The notes under the pieces: generated by a model
The model's database searches: none
Told to the model about the DNA's origin: nothing
What the model saw: the letters and a program-made list of their open reading frames with translations, nothing else
Shown here: piece by piece, positions 14,601 to 31,985 of the stretch
How the letters are laid out: every line of letters starts with the position of its first letter
Numbering within the stretch: the stretch's first letter is position 1
Position numbers and translations under genes: made by a program
Source: Pavona decussata
Lineage: Eukaryota
DNA: 64,000 nt
Direction: 5' to 3'
Assembly (NCBI GenBank): GCA_977016875.1
Contig: CDRNST010000012.1
Location: forward strand, 2,046,001 to 2,110,000

Positions 14601-15391
14601 TTCTATATAAAAGAAAATAAAAGTAATATTAATTTGCGACAAAGTTCAAATTGTTTGCAAAGACTCTACGCCAGACAATGGTCTAAATACGCGACAAAAC
14701 TATAAAACCTTGACAGAAAATAAAAACAAAACACACACCCCTAACATATCAGCATCAGAAGAAATCTTTATGATCAGGCCCACGATGTATTTCTTTATAC
14801 CTGAAAGTAAAAATTTAACTCGTAACCCTGTCGTTCTGCGAAGGATTTGTTTTTTTATTTCAAATTAACCTCAACAGAAAAACATTCATTTATGACAGCT
14901 AGTGTAATGGTAGCAAAGCTTACCTTCACATTGTTCCGACGGGAGAACTTTCCACCGCGTTTTTATCACTGCTTCAAGTATTTGGAGCGCGAAGTACTGC
15001 AAGAACAAATGATATTAATGGCAAAATAAAAAAAAGAAGGGTACGAATAATGCAGTTGTAGCAAAGAGCATACCTTTGTCTGTTGGTTGTTTGAAAATTC
15101 TAGAATTGTATCCACTCGCGTCCAGGCGTCTGGGTGCTGTTTGAGTTGAGTTAGGATCTGGTCTGCCATTCGTTGCTGTAGAGGAAAATAAGATTGCCTT
15201 CCATAAGATTGCCCTGGAATTTAAGTCTGCAGCTTCAAAAATTCGAAAAACAAACGCGAGAATGTATCAACCTGCGGTCCATGAGCCATGTAAAAACAAG
15301 ATACGACCGAGTCTAGTAAAGTTATATCGAGTTTTTGCGAGAAATCCAGCAGCTGCGTGGCGTGCTCTATGGTTGCCATTGCCGTAGGCAT
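1..15391 (-). CDS. XPO1: Exportin-1 (CRM1), about 30 coding exons in window, 3' end beyond left edge
   Basis: Exon 1 (15391-15272) [34 protein letters not shown]; exon 2 [28 protein letters not shown]; [21 protein letters not shown] (~9123-8925); [33 protein letters not shown] (~6372-6272); [18 protein letters not shown] (~3619-3564); [23 protein letters not shown]...[11 protein letters not shown] (2118-1705); [13 protein letters not shown] (70-1). GT-AG boundaries wherever checked. Confidence 0.98.
109..235 (-). mobile_element. Degenerate tRNA-derived repeat in XPO1 intron
   Basis: Minus strand shows decayed A-box/B-box-like sequence (GGATTCAAATCCCGTT) and no intact cloverleaf. Confidence 0.45.
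1195..1400 (+). mobile_element. Old SINE fragment (Deu/Nin-domain-like)
   Basis: CCCATTTATACACCT...GTGGAGCAAAGTTTCTT...AAGGAAACAA resembles the conserved core of Deu/Nin-type SINEs (recognised from memory). Confidence 0.4.
2562..2625. repeat. (TAA)n microsatellite
   Basis: Run of AAT/TAA triplets in an XPO1 intron. Confidence 0.9.
3733..6109. mobile_element. Non-autonomous Kolobok-type DNA transposon (~2.4 kb) in XPO1 intron
   Basis: TTAA at both flanks (3729-3732, 6110-6113); TIRs AGTGCCTATCACCC...GGGTGATAGGCACT with AG..CT termini; subterminal IR TTGTGACGTCGACCCGGTATCTC (~3903) and its inverse (~5897-5918); internal THAP relic. Confidence 0.85.
5550..5840 (-). pseudogene. Decayed THAP-domain coding relic inside the Kolobok-type element
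   Basis: Minus strand reads [26 protein letters not shown]...[29 protein letters not shown]...INVTPT. This contains the THAP CSxHF and PT motifs, with stops and frameshifts. Confidence 0.7.
10473..10854. mobile_element. MITE with long imperfect TIRs
   Basis: Left end AGGGCTGACAGCATCACTATCTT..., right end ...AAGATGATAATGTTCTCAGCTCT; inner IR GCCTTCAATTTA / TAAATTGAAGGC. Confidence 0.65.
13333..13631. mobile_element. MITE (~300 bp), AG..CT termini, TTAA-like target
   Basis: AGTGCTGAGAGCGTAACCAACCTAAATGACTTTTCAGAT / ATCTGAAAAGTCAGTTAGGTCAGTTATGCTCTCAGCCCT, ~40-bp TIRs; flanks TTAA and TCAA. Confidence 0.75.
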
Positions 15392-18247
15392 TGGAGTAAA
15401 TACACAGATCACGAAAAAATAAATATATTCTGGGTACAAACTGAAGAAATTCACGAAGGAAACTAATACACGACTTCCTCTGAACACTGATTGAGATTTT
15501 GAACGAACACCGCGGCCAGTTTGCACCGCTTTTCCCGGTTTAAACCAGTCATAAATGCTGGAAAAGCCCGGATGTAACAGGTTTGTCTATTTTGCTTTTT
15601 CCGTGAAACTGCAATCAAGGGATGAATCATCTTCGAAAATTTCCTGCAGTTTAGTCTTCCGATAAGAATAATTTTCGCTTTAGCAACATTTCACGGCACA
15701 CTGATAGTGAGGACCGTAAAATTTGATAAGTCACGAGTTCAGGACCGCGAGTATAAAGTTGTTGTTGTGTTGGGGTTAAAAATAGTAAAATTTGACAGTT
15801 CAGTTGCCCATTTCCGCTCTTTTCATAGTAAAATCCCATTCACGAACACTGCACGTGCACTTCATGAATTATTAATGTCGAGTAAAACCTCGTCTCCGTG
15901 CAACTTCATCTCCAAGAGGCAGCCGTCAGTTCCGGTCAAGGAAACAAGGCACATTTGACACTTCTTGTCGACACATTCAGTCTCTTAATTGCTCACCACT
16001 ACTACAGACTGCAAATTAAGGTTCCTTTATGTTGTTTTTTCTCTTAAAATTACCAAAACAAGTGAATTGACTAGTTTCTATATATAACCCCGTTTTCGCT
16101 TTCCACTTCCGGTGAATTCCATCACGAAGGCGCGCTTAGATAGCTGGGATATGCTCATTTGGCGAAGACGAAGGATGGCGGATAAACCATGATAGTTTTT
16201 CACAAAAAAAGACCATAATATATCACGAAAAGAAGCGGGAAATACAACCAGCTGAAGGTAGTTTGCGAAAGGTATTTCCACTCGGTATATTTCCTAACAA
16301 GAATGGTAAATTATTGTGGAGCAGTTACGACAAATTATAAACGCAAGGTCTCTCAAAGCGCATATGTCGCTCATAATTGCCGTCAAATTTTGTGCGAGAA
16401 ATTCACGTGAAAATGTTGACCAAAACCTTCGGAACGCGGTATGTTCTTTTGAGTAGTGCATTCTGTTTGCTGGAGTTATAAAGGATGTTAAAACTTATTT
16501 AAAAATAGATATCAAAGCGAATCACTTGGATCCATTGAAAGCATGCAATGACGACGCCACATTTTCATTTGTCGAAGCTGCTGGAGACGGTGGCGGGCGT
16601 ACGGAAAATGATGACAATGTGAACATGTTTCTTTTTACTTGTTAAAATATTTGTTGCTGATTTTTAGGGAGTGTAAGCGATAGAACGCCTGCTATTGATT
16701 AAAAAAAATCAACATGAAATGTACATGCTATATATGTTGGCCCTATTCTCCTTTTCCCAATTCCTATTGCATTTGTAAACGCTTATAGATCTTATATGAT
16801 GGCCGCCAACATGTTTTGGGTTTATATATATATATATAAGCTTAAAGCTTCAGTAAATCTCATATATTTTGTGAACTTGACTGTCAGAAAATTTTAGCAA
16901 AACACCTTCACTGACCATTAGCCTCCGTCTTTGCAGACAAAGGAAATAGGAGGCGTCTGCATGCGAATACTTTTTCGTGAAAGTAAACCTTGGATACTTA
17001 TACTTACACTACAGACTGGACAGCTTATAAATTAGGAAGAAAGCGATTTTGATGTTCATTCAGCCCATATAAGCATATAGCGCTCAAAGCATACTCTAAT
17101 CCCTTTCCTATTTAGGTGGGTTTTATTTTTATGCATTTATGAAGTTTTACGAAAACACAGAAATGCAAGTTATGTACATGACTGGTAATTGTTACGCGGG
17201 ATGCCCTGAAGGGGCATACCGTGTCTAAAAACGGGTCGATTTCTTTTTTTTTTTTTTCTTTTTTTTTTTCTTCCTCGTAGCTACAAATCTGTACATTAAT
17301 TTAATCATTAAACTCACCCCTCTCCCACTCGGGATGTATTGTTCTGATTGTCTTCAACAGAAGCAGGCCAATCAAAATCCATTCTTGCCGCTTACATCGC
17401 GAGGGAGGGGACCCACTCACCCCTACCTGTGTGACATCAACGCATCATTTGATCTATTTATTAAAAACAGATTAAATTTGGCGCATATTGTTAACATGTT
17501 CTGGACTCAAGTGTGCCGTTTTCAAACGGAAATTTCACCATTTTGAAGCGGTGAATCGAAAGAACAACTTCTAAGAAGCACTCGACACCTAAAACGGTGG
17601 AAATTGGAGAGTTCCTGGCGAAGGAATCGTGCTTTGTTTGACAGTCTTAGACCACGACGCGAGACTGAGAAGAGGTCATTGAGAAGCTTACGTTATCGCA
17701 ATGGAATTCCCGCAATTTCCCTTGAAACCCTGAGTAGCGTAACACAAGGGAAACAACGTAACGCGATCGTCGTGACTCAAACTATTCCATTAGCAAGGAT
17801 AGTTTTATCAATAGGCGAAGCATACAGTTGGAATAAATGAATCAGCCCCAGCATCTCGCATAATGCCAGTATAGCAGGCATCTTGTTTGCAATAAAACCA
17901 GTTTTGCACGGTGCTGGACTTCACTGCACACGTTACTGAGATTACAACTGTTAATCTTTTGGACTGAAAGTTTTGGACAAGTCATGCTCAACAGGATGAT
18001 GCAATCCTTGCATGTGACCCATGCTTCTTATGCAATCACCTAAACTTGTACCTTGCAAAAAATAAAAGATGCCCGTTTTGTAGGTAACTTGACTGAAAAC
18101 AAATAAATTTTACCCACAAAACTTTTTTGCCAATAATAATTTTGTTTCTAATTTTCCATAAAAAAGATATCAGAATAGATAACATGATGTTTTTTATAAC
18201 TTGTGAACTTGTCTGTTTTTGCAGTTTGTGTTGTTTCTCTGTGTGTG

Positions 18248-23228
<4,981 letters not shown>

Positions 23229-23781
23229 GTCTATTAATTTTATTAGTAGTAATTAATGTCAACGTTCTTGGATGTAGTAAACAACACTTATGGTAGAGGA
23301 TTCAGGGTAAAGAGAAAGATTCTTCACTATTGCAGATGCATAAGTCTCCATAAAAGTCACTTTATTTTCTCAGTCAGTTGACAGATGGATAATACTACCA
23401 ACATACCCATCTGTTTAAAATGAATGAAGTGATGTTAACGTTGTGAACCTTTTTTGCGAAGTCCTAATATTTAAGCAAAATTATACTGTTACTGAAAAGG
23501 ACAGTAACTGAATTCAAGATAATCACAATTTAGTCTGTGTATAGGGTACGTAAAGCAAATTGATTAGTGGTACACGAATAATGTGTACTAGATTTGAAAA
23601 TTCACAAAAGTTACCAAATAAAGTCGTGCTGCACGTGAAAATTGTCGATCTTGTAAAATTCTTATTACCGTATCTCTCTTTTATATATATAAGAACGACA
23701 TGTGAGTTGTAAAATCCGACGTGCGAGTTGCCTCTAACATATTGACATCCGACATCCGAGTTGTAAAACGGCTGGCCTAAA

Positions 23782-23960
23782 GCGCGAGGTCACAGGTAAG
23801 CAGGCCTGATACTCAGGTTAAGTCACAGATAACAGGTTACCAGGTAACAGGTACAAGTAACAGGTTAGCGGTAGCAGGTAACAGGTACAGGTTACCAGGT
23901 CACAGATTACCTGTTTCCTGTCACCTCCCTGTTACCCGTGATCTGTGACCTGCGATTTGG
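23782..23960. repeat. ACAGGT(A/T) minisatellite followed by its inverse (fold-back repeat)
   Basis: Many ACAGGTA/ACAGGTT units, then TACCTGT/GTGACCTG units. Confidence 0.7.
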
Positions 23961-24704
23961 ACCCGCCGATGGCATTGTAAAACTCAACATTTGCCTCCAA
24001 AATCACTGCAAACACGGACTAAACGAAGGCAACATTGTTGTATTCGAGTAAAATATAGGCTAATTTAGTGAACAGTACTTTGTGAACTGAATTCGTAAGA
24101 CTTGTTTAATTTTCCTACGGGTTTCGCACGACTAGCGCAGACTTCATCAGGGAGTTCACCAAATAGAAGTTACCAGCTCGTATTTTACACAATGTAAATT
24201 GTAGAAACCGTTTTCAGATTTACGTAGATACGTTCCCCACTTATCTAAATGCCTGGAACAGAGTAAATATAAATATAGGAACCAAGAAAGTTATTTGGGC
24301 AAAGCGTGACTAAGGTGCAGCAAGTGTGTAACTTCACTTTTAGTAACAGTGGGTTTGGAGACAAACGTTGGACTTTTACAACTCGCATGTCAGATCTCTA
24401 TAACTCGGATGACAGATTTTTCAACTCACATATCGGATAACATCAATGATTGCATAACTTTTCTTCAGGGGACAAATTCTTTTAAAATAGCCTGCGCAGG
24501 CGTAAGCAGGGGGGGGGGGGGGGGGAGGGAGCGAGAAAAAATGAGAGGAGAATCCCTCCCTTTTTCTCTAACTATTCGCGAAATCCGCAACATTTAAATC
24601 CTAACAGTATGCAGGATGTTTGTCGCATAACCATGTGTAATGACCTTAAAGTCGTCCCTTTATGGATTATCAATATTTAGCATTTTATAACATTTCAAGG
24701 TAAT

Positions 24705-25163
24705 TAAATGACAAAATGCTCTTTGCTGTGAAACAGAGCAATGAGTTTTATACCAGCAAAATGCACGCTCTACGCAGGTTGATCCACGGCTTTTTCGAAA
24801 GTCGACGAAATAAAGTAATTTGGGGAAAGGGAAAATTGCATGATCTTTTAACTGACAAAAATCCCGGTGGGGGACAAAAGTGCACTTTGCTGTGAAACGG
24901 AGCGATTATTTTAATGCCAGAACAGCAAAACGAACCCTCTACGCACGTTGATCCTCGAATTTTTTGTAAGCCAAAGAAATAAAGTAATTCGGGAAAAGGG
25001 AAAATTGCATGATCTCTTAACTGACAAGAATGCTCTTTGCATGCTGTGAAGCGGAGCCATTATTTTTATGCCAGAACAGCAAAACGAACGCTCTACGCAA
25101 GTTGATCCACTGCTTTTTCGAAAGCCAAAGAAGTAAAGTAATTATGAAAAAGGGAAAATTGCA
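24705..25163. repeat. Three tandem copies of a ~150-bp unit
   Basis: GCTGTGAA...CTCTACGCA..TTGATCC...TAAAGTAATT...AAAGGGAAAATTGCA recurs at ~24720, ~24885 and ~25040. Confidence 0.85.
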
Positions 25164-26690
25164 GGAAAAAATAATTAAACCAAATTAAGGAGCAGCAATC
25201 AGTCTTGAACTCTGACGCTGCAAGTGCCTTTTCACAACCTTTCAAAAGTTGTTTACTACTTTTCAATTTCCTCCGCGAACAGTTTGTTTTTACTGATACA
25301 ACAGCAACAAAGGCACTTCTACCTTGTGAATCGGAAATAAAAACCAAAATGGATCGAAATCAACCATCTCAAGCCGTAAAAGCTGTTGAAATAAACTACA
25401 TGTTTTCTAACACGTCCGCTCATTTACAGCAATACAATGTCCTTAGACCTCCTTAGTTTATAACAATTTAGTGTTCGCGCGTTGTAGAAAGCCACACAAA
25501 TATGTCCTCTCAAGAGCTAGAGAAAACATTCTCCAGCAGTCGGATTCTGACTGCCCGGTTTAAAAGAGAAGGAAAAATTTGCCGTCGTTTGCTTACGTCC
25601 TTCTTCAAACGTGAAATTAGGAAACTTCAGGTGGTAGTCCGCGTAAAAGAAACAGCAAAAAAATGTACCAAAATGGGTGATACAGATGCAAAGTTATTGT
25701 TTTACTTACTAAATCTACTGGGTTTTTTTATGTTCTCCTTGCATCTTAGAAACTCCCCAATCAGTCTGTATTCCCTAATCAGTCTGTTGTTTTTTTTCAG
25801 TAGTAACGGGGCGAGGGGGGGGGGGGGGGGGGGTGGGTAGTTTTGTTTAACTATTTTGCTAAGTCCCCTCAGTTATTTTAGCCTTGCTACGGGCCTGTAT
25901 TTCAACGTACAAATGCTCTATGGTGTAAGACTACACGATCCTTTAACTGCATCAAGTGAGTAAGTAAAGGCTTCATTTAGAGAGGGTAACACCAGACAGT
26001 AGTAAAAACACTGATAAACCCATAGCCCTTGTTACAATATAAGAGCACCTAAAAGCCAAATTAATATTATAAAAATTCAATCACTATACACATAACAAAA
26101 TTAAAAAATCAAAGCAGTGCACGGTGAAAGAGACAGTTTGATCGTTAGTGTGAGTGAGAGTGATGATATTTACTATGAACTTGCACCGTCAACGGCAAAC
26201 AAACGTTGCAGCACTAGAAGAGGACGGAGTGCCACAAGTTTTGCGTTACGTTCAACAGGTGAATCACAAGCTTGTACAGCTGCCACCCCCCCCCCCCCCT
26301 TCCCAGGTTAGCTTTATCACCACTTGTGTAACGTAGAACACAGAATTTAAAAAAAAAAATACGGTTCTGGGAGATGGAGCTAATATTAGTGTGAGCTTAT
26401 TATTTATTGAAATATACTTGTTATTCTCATTAAAATGAGCTCCAAAAAATAAAACCCAAGATTCATTTAAAAGAAACTTTGTTTACAGATCCACCAAGTG
26501 ACCTATAAACTGATAACGATAATGCCCCCCCCCCCCCAAAAAAAATAATGCCCTCCCCCACCCCCTCCCTTATCCCTTGTTCTAGTTTTTGGTGAATCCC
26601 CCCCCCCCCCCCAAAAAAAAAAACGGTCAAAAATCATGCCCCCACCCTCAAAATCATTATAGCTCCCCTCTGCATAAATTATGAACTCTT

Positions 26691-26830
26691 CCTTAGCTCC
26701 CACGAGTTTTCTAGAGCTCAGCGGTAGAGCATCCGAACCAGTAATCGGAGGGTCTTAGGTTGGACTCCCGATAGGAGCACTCGGATTTCTGCTTTTCCAA
26801 GTGTGCCTGTGTCAGTGACTGAATAATACA
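26691..26830 (+). mobile_element. tRNA(Thr)-derived repeat, second copy (3' part)
   Basis: CCTTAGCTCCCACGAG...GAGCTCAGCGGTAGAGCATCCGAACCAGTAATCGGAGGGTCTTAGGTTGGACTCC...TGTGTCA matches the reverse complement of 18425-18560. Confidence 0.75.
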
Positions 26831-27114
26831 TCATTCTCGTTTATTTTAGAGAAACCAGTATACACTTGAAAACTGACAAAAAACCCGGTGGGGGACAGGG
26901 CCTCTACCAGTTTGGTAACTTGGTGTTAACACTCCCCCATCCCCCCCCCCCCTCTCTCTTTCTCTCTTAGAATCGGAGTCGACCATTAGATTTTTTATAC
27001 ACACCCTCCCTATAAAGAAAAATTAAATGATAAATAAAGCATCTGAATTCTTCACGTATTTCTCGACCGCTGTGCTTTTTATTCGGCTAACGACGTTTGA
27101 CCAGGACTTAGCAG

Positions 27115-27198
27115 CAACCTCGTTCCCAGGGTCTCTCATCTTTCCACCCCCTGGAGCGAGAGGGGGCAGGAAGATGAGAAACCCTGGAAACGAGGTTG
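27115..27198. mobile_element. Short hairpin MITE (~84 bp)
   Basis: CAACCTCGTTCCCAGGGTCTCTCATCTT...AAGATGAGAAACCCTGGAAACGAGGTTG, near-perfect inverted repeat. Confidence 0.85.
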
Positions 27199-27262
27199 GA
27201 CCTGACAGTTATTTATTTCACCAATGGCGAAGCGCTGTTACACGCGCCAGTCTAGATTGGGG

Positions 27263-27497
27263 AATAGGCCATTTTACAGTTGTGCGTTTAATGACCTGGC
27301 CTTGAATTGGAAGCGAGGCTGGGGGTAACCTTAATTGTTTTGATACAAACCTCAATGTTTTTCATATGTAAATGCAAACTAGTTAGCACAAACTACAAAT
27401 GAAAAGCAGTGAGGTTTCTATCAAACGAGATCACCCCCAGCCTCGCTTCCAATCCAAGCCCAAGTCACTTAAGTACACAACTGTAATTTGGCCTATT
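27263..27497. mobile_element. MITE (~235 bp) with ~60-bp TIRs
   Basis: AATAGGCCATTTTACAGTTGTG...GGAAGCGAGGCTGGGGG / CCCCCAGCCTCGCTTCC...CACAACTGTAATTTGGCCTATT. Confidence 0.85.
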
Positions 27498-27994
27498 GTA
27501 GTCCTAATGTGGGGGATTAGTATCCAGTAGTAAGTCGAGTGTTTTTCATAGACTACATGGCTGTTCAAGACATCGAGACACCTACAAGCATTGTCCTTGA
27601 TTTCGCTCCAAGTTCTTTTTTGTTTTTCGCATTTGCCAGAAATCAATGACTGGGTTGGGATAGCTTACATAAACTAAATAATTTTGCAGCTCGTTGTCGG
27701 GGAACACAAGTAGATATCTTCCTTGTCAAAATATCACCTCCCCAACAGTGAATAATTCTACGTATACAGAGGTGGGTTTAAAAGGCCCGCAAGACAATGT
27801 TTCTTTGATCATTTTAATAACCAGAGCTATTTTCAGTGCAAATCAAAAACTGGTCAACAATCCTTACTTAACTTCGTCACGTCACGCAATCCTCACGATG
27901 AAGATTGCGTGACGTGACGACCCAAAGAACGTCTGTCGGGGGTGGGAAGGGGGGGGGGGTCAAGTCAGGAAAGAGATAAAGACCAAACTGAGAG

Positions 27995-30900
27995 TATGTA
28001 TTTAAACCAATTTATTTTCTCAAAATCACCAACTACAAGTCTGAAAATGATTAATCTCGTTTGAAACAAATTGGAGACTGAACCCGAAAAAAAATCTCTA
28101 CCAAATTATGAAAGAAAAAGCCAAACCAAAACATTTGAACGCCGAACTTTTCTTAGACGCCACTGAAATATTTCCAATGAAACAAATGAAAATAAGCAAA
28201 AAAAGAAAAAAAGGAAAGACAGAAACCCTAGCTCTATGCTGCCTGCCGGCTGCGAAAAACCAGACTTAAAAACCCTTAATAGGGAAAAAAGAGTCTGGAA
28301 ACATAGTCCTGGACCCAATGCAGAACAGCAAGGCACCCAGGCGTGCCAAAAAAAACTAGCTCAACTGAAATGGTTAACACTTTAAAAGAAAATCTCCAGG
28401 ACCACGTCATTCTTCAAACTTCTTGTCATTAGGCACCTGCAAAAACAAAGTAAGTAATGATTACCTGTGTGCCAAAAAAAAAAATTGGTAAAAGAGGAAT
28501 TCTTTCTTCAAGTTTGTTGCTGTCATTTCATAACTTTTTCATATTCTTACCTTGTGGTATTCCTTATCATTTAATAAGCCAGCGATGCCCTCCTTCTTGA
28601 ATGTCTTGACCCCTTGCTCCTGCCACTGACCTGGTGGGATTTAAATGAAACCAAACTATTCTTTTACACATGTTCACACTTCAAAGCATTGGGGATGGGG
28701 GAAGGGGCATATGGAACTCAACTAACCTTTGAGAGATGCCAGTCCGCCAGATCCTCCTTCGTGGTACTTCCGTTGCTCCACAGAACTGCCAATCTCACTC
28801 CTAACAAACAGCTTCCCTATTATCCCACCCGCCTACACCCACTAACCTAAACTCAGCCCATGAGTAGTGACACTGCTGCATACATGATCTTTACTAACAA
28901 GTCTTACTTTAAACTTCTAAAGTAGTGTGAACTGTTGCTAACATTACTTTTAACAGTTGAATCCTGAGAACTAGAATTGTGGCAACCAAATCTGCTTGTA
29001 TTAATAGAAGTTCCAAATGTAATGTAACAGTTGAAGTTAGCAAAAACTTGTAGTTGAATTCAAGTTGTCATGATTCTACTGTTTCAAAAAGGTACAAAAA
29101 CATTGATCAGGAAACACAAAGAAACAGACCACAAAATCAATGGTGTGGCTGACCTGAATCTTCTTTCACAACTGTAAAACTGTCGAGACTAGAATGAAGC
29201 ATGCACTGTTTGCACACACAATGTTTACTTTACTCGCATGTACCTTACGGTATAAAATCTACTGTTATTATCTTAAGTTCAACTAGTACTTGTTTATTAT
29301 GATTGTGTTCTATTCTCTCTTTACTTTAAAGGCTGCTTTGCCACTTTTCAAGCTGTCAAGACTAGAATGAAGTATGCACTGTTTGCACACACACACACAC
29401 ATACAATCCTAATATCTACTTCTACCTCGTGTAACTTAAGATATGCACTTTTATCTTTTGAAACAATACAACCATATTATATTACTATTATACAAAGTAA
29501 GCACACATTTTAAGACAAAATACATACTATTCATCAATTGACAAGTTTAAAACTACCACTTAATAAAAAAAAAAAAATTCGAGAAGGTAGAACCTTACTT
29601 TTGAAATCCTTTGTCTGATTGTTTGCTCATTTTGGACTGAGATGCAGTACTGGTAGTTAAATTTCTCCAGTTGACACAAACTTCATTGAGCATGGAATCG
29701 GCTGCTGAATTGACAAGAGTATGCACTATGCAACAACTTTTTAAAACAGATTAAAAAAATGAACCTGTACCTTTGCTTTTGTAGGCTCGAATTTCGAAAA
29801 GGAAAGACAGCCATCTCATGGCTTCAACCTTAATAGCTGCAAAGAGATTGATGGAACATGCAACATTTATCACAAACGAAAGAAATTCAGGATATTGAAC
29901 GCTGAAAACAAATACCTGGGTGTCTGCTATTCAACGGAACAATTTGGCTGAGTAACTGTTGGAAAACATGCCGCATTCGAACAAGAAAAAAGACAAACAG
30001 ACGAAACTAAACTCGAAGCGTGACACCATTTACAACCGGTGGAATGGATGTCGCAAGCTGTAGAGACTAAAAACATATGCCAGGTTGCTGTACATGAAAG
30101 AACACACTGTAGAATGTCTTGAACTTACTGCCGTTGCAAAAACGACTGGACCGTCTGCTGTACAATCTGCTGCAAAATTTGAAAGAATATGCACCACATC
30201 CACACAAAAATGTAGACCGCAAAAGTAACTATACCTTTGTTTCTGTCAACTCGGAATTCCAAAATGAAAAGCCAACTGAAGGTAGCTTACCAAATAAAAT
30301 TCGACGTCTGTGAATCTGTAGAGAGAGCACGCACTGTTTGCCACAAAGGCCGAAATCATACTCGGCTTGAAACTGAAAATGGAGAAATACCTTGGTACCT
30401 GGAGTTCTTCACAAGAATCTGGCTGAGAAAGTGACTGCGAGAAACATGCAATGTTTTTGACTATCAGAAGAAAATTGAAACCTTGGAACACGGCTTGAAA
30501 GTGAAAGTCATCCTAAACTGTTGAGACTGAAGAAACATATGCACTGTTTGCTGCACACAAAAGAATGTATAAAAACAGAAATAAACCTGATCGAAGAATG
30601 ACAATTCAGTATCTTTCGGAACGAACCAAACTTCATCTGCCATGGAAATTGCTGTAAAACGGACGAGAATATGCACTATTTTCACAATAAACTTTCAAAA
30701 CTGAAACTGCAGATGCAAAAATTCAATCTGTACCTTGTTGCGCGAGGAACCTAGCGTAATTCCACTTTGAATTCCAATATAAGGCTTCTCTGATTTATCC
30801 TGAGTTTGCTGAAATATCGACAAGAACAAAATGCGTCCTTTGCAACAATACGAAATGCAGCAAAAACCTGGTTGAAAAGTAGCACCATCTTCGCAGATTG

Positions 30901-31985
30901 CTTGAACTGTACATCGCCTGGTGTAAAAGCGACCAGATCACACACAACATTGCAAGAAATGATCACAGAAAATTTTGGATAGCTTTAGTTTTCATGCCAG
31001 TACCTTTTTACCTAGAATCCAGTGTTAAGAATAATTCAAACAAGAACAGAGCACAATCCCATTTCAACATGGTGCCCGCTGTAAAATGAAAAAAATATGC
31101 AATGTTTTCGCTAGCTACAAGATACCAAGCACATTTGACTGAAACCTAACCTGCACCTACTAACATTTCCAGAAGCAGAAAGAGTGATTAACATATCATA
31201 CAAAAACTGCTAGACAGTTAAACTACCACCTAATGTCAAATATTTCCTTAGATTTTTTATTGAGCAACATTTTAATACTTTAAATTCAACACCTTGAGCC
31301 TGAAAATGATCTACACCAAATTCTGACTGCAAACATATTTTAACTACCATATGTGACAAGTCATTTTTTAATTTAATAAATTTAACACAAGTTATATTAT
31401 GCCTGCCTTGCACATAGGCCTTGATAATCCACTGCAACCCGAGACACAAGAACTGTATGCCAGCTTGTGACTAAAACACAAAGAGAGACAGCAAAAACCC
31501 AACCCCCAACAAACATACCAACTCTTTTAAACATTTAACCCAAGAAAAATAAAGCATTAAATAATAACTTTGTATGTGTCAATTTATTAAGCACTGAAGG
31601 GTGCTAATGAAAATACTACCTTAACTGAAGACTCCACATTAAATTATAATTTACTAATTCTAGGTTACATGAACATAACATGATAGTAACTTAGCTATTA
31701 ATGATAAAAACATGATTGTTTATAAAATGAAGATTAGAAACGAGAAAAATGTAACAAGATAATTATTATTCATACCTGGGCGAGGAGTCATGATCACTAT
31801 AACTATACATTTGATGATAACTCTTTCTGATGTTATTTGTTCACTGAAAACTTCGAACTGCCACAAGGAACAAACTATAGACCACTTTCTGTTTAAAATG
31901 CTTACGCATGTGGAATGGTTGGTGCACTGCACGAAAAACTCATCTTTCTACTCTTGACAACTGTGAACATTGACAGAATATGCAC
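27995..31985 (-). other. Putative unannotated spliced gene made of about 15-17 very short exons (orphan protein or lncRNA)
   Basis: Regular alternation of GT donors and CAG acceptors on the minus strand. Candidate exons: 31906-31960, 31012-31078, 30868-30917, 30734-30808, 30587-30651, 30482-30517, 30391-30422, 30291(or 30235)-30307, 30129-30169, 30013-30057, 29916-29947, 29771-29836, 29599-29701, 29325-29352, 29154-29179, 28727-28800, 28551-28630, and a terminal exon from 28436. AATAAA at 28016-28011 with a U/GU-rich downstream element. Confidence 0.65.
28011..28016 (-). terminator. Polyadenylation signal AATAAA of the micro-exon gene
   Basis: TTTATT on plus; GTTTGGTCTTTATCTCTTTC lies about 20-40 nt downstream on minus. 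Confidence 0.55.

Noticed and set aside
17845-17870. ZNF410 autoregulatory site (CATCTCGCATAATG) upstream of ZNF410
   Set aside because: Single, gapped match to the CATCCCATAATA-type motif; I saw no cluster.
26705-26780. Functional tRNA-Thr genes here and at ~18465-18540
   Set aside because: Irregular anticodon loop, mutated T-loop in one copy, imperfect acceptor stems and shared flanks indicate a repeat family.
24509-26960. Poly-G/poly-C tracts as functional G-quadruplexes
   Set aside because: They sit within common repeat fragments, and homopolymer lengths are unreliable.
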